Below, piece by piece: positions 63,521 through 64,000 of a DNA stretch of 64,000 nt. Location of the stretch: positions 22,444,001-22,508,000 of the forward strand of contig OZ024758.1 in the NCBI GenBank assembly GCA_964016885.1, read 5' to 3'. Position 1 is the stretch's first letter. Each line of letters opens with the position of its first letter. Source of the DNA: Eledone cirrhosa (lineage: Eukaryota). Under the pieces are notes generated by a model, which was not told where the DNA came from, did not search any database, and saw nothing but the letters and a program-made list of their open reading frames with translations. Position numbers and translations under genes: made by a program.

Positions 63521-64000
63521 GTAGATGTAAGGGTCCTTTTTGGTATTCATTTATTTGGTGTGACAAGACAAGAGAGCCAGTGATTTATTGAGTGACTTAG
63601 TCCTTTCCTATGTGTAACAATACTTTCCGGTATGTTATGTTGTAATGAAATTAAGTGTTTAATGGTTGAATAGCAGCGTAATAATGGTTTCTACTTTTGG
63701 CACAAGGCCAGAAATTATCACAGTGTATTACTTGTACTTTATTTTATCAATCCCCGTAAGGATGAAAGGCAAAGTTAACCTCGGCGGGATTTGAACTCAG
63801 ACCATAAAGGGCCGTAACTCTTTGTTGCAAAGCATGGCGTCAGACCCTCTACCGATACTGTCAATATTCATTAAAATGTTACATCTGTTATATTGTAAAA
63901 TTATATATAATTCTGCAGTAGTTTTAAAAATATTATAACAATTATTAGCTGTTAAACCGATAAACGAAAAACTTTGAGAAATTATAATTATATTTATATT

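Overview
AT-rich, repeat-dominated eukaryotic DNA. The SINE families and microsatellite load suggest an octopod cephalopod, but this is an inference. No prokaryotic features are present, and most ORFs in the track are microsatellite artefacts. Supported content: (1) two Penelope-like retroelements of apparent Naiad type. One has an uninterrupted RT ORF running off the left edge and a near-perfect 607-bp inverted pseudo-LTR; the other is 5'-truncated and decayed (RT plus GIY-YIG). (2) At least ten type-I hammerhead-ribozyme motifs read directly from the sequence on both strands. Most have very short, usually palindromic stem III and sit beside (TA)n tracts, and they include CCGAnGA core variants, long stem-II variants and inverted pairs. 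(3) Three phase-consistent exons of a small or C-terminal host protein at 9.7-11.3 kb. (4) Many tRNA-derived SINEs; RTE, CR1-like and R4/Dong-like LINE fragments, including an RTE-like tail with three C2H2 fingers; piggyBac-, hAT-, Chapaev3- and Tc1/mariner/pogo-like MITEs; and a Buster-type transposase fossil. (5) Several minisatellites, one of which (52 bp x ~60) is an amplified SINE-head/target-site junction. An inverted pair of Pol III-like units at 45.5-45.8 kb is unexplained. All family assignments come from motif recognition, not database searches.
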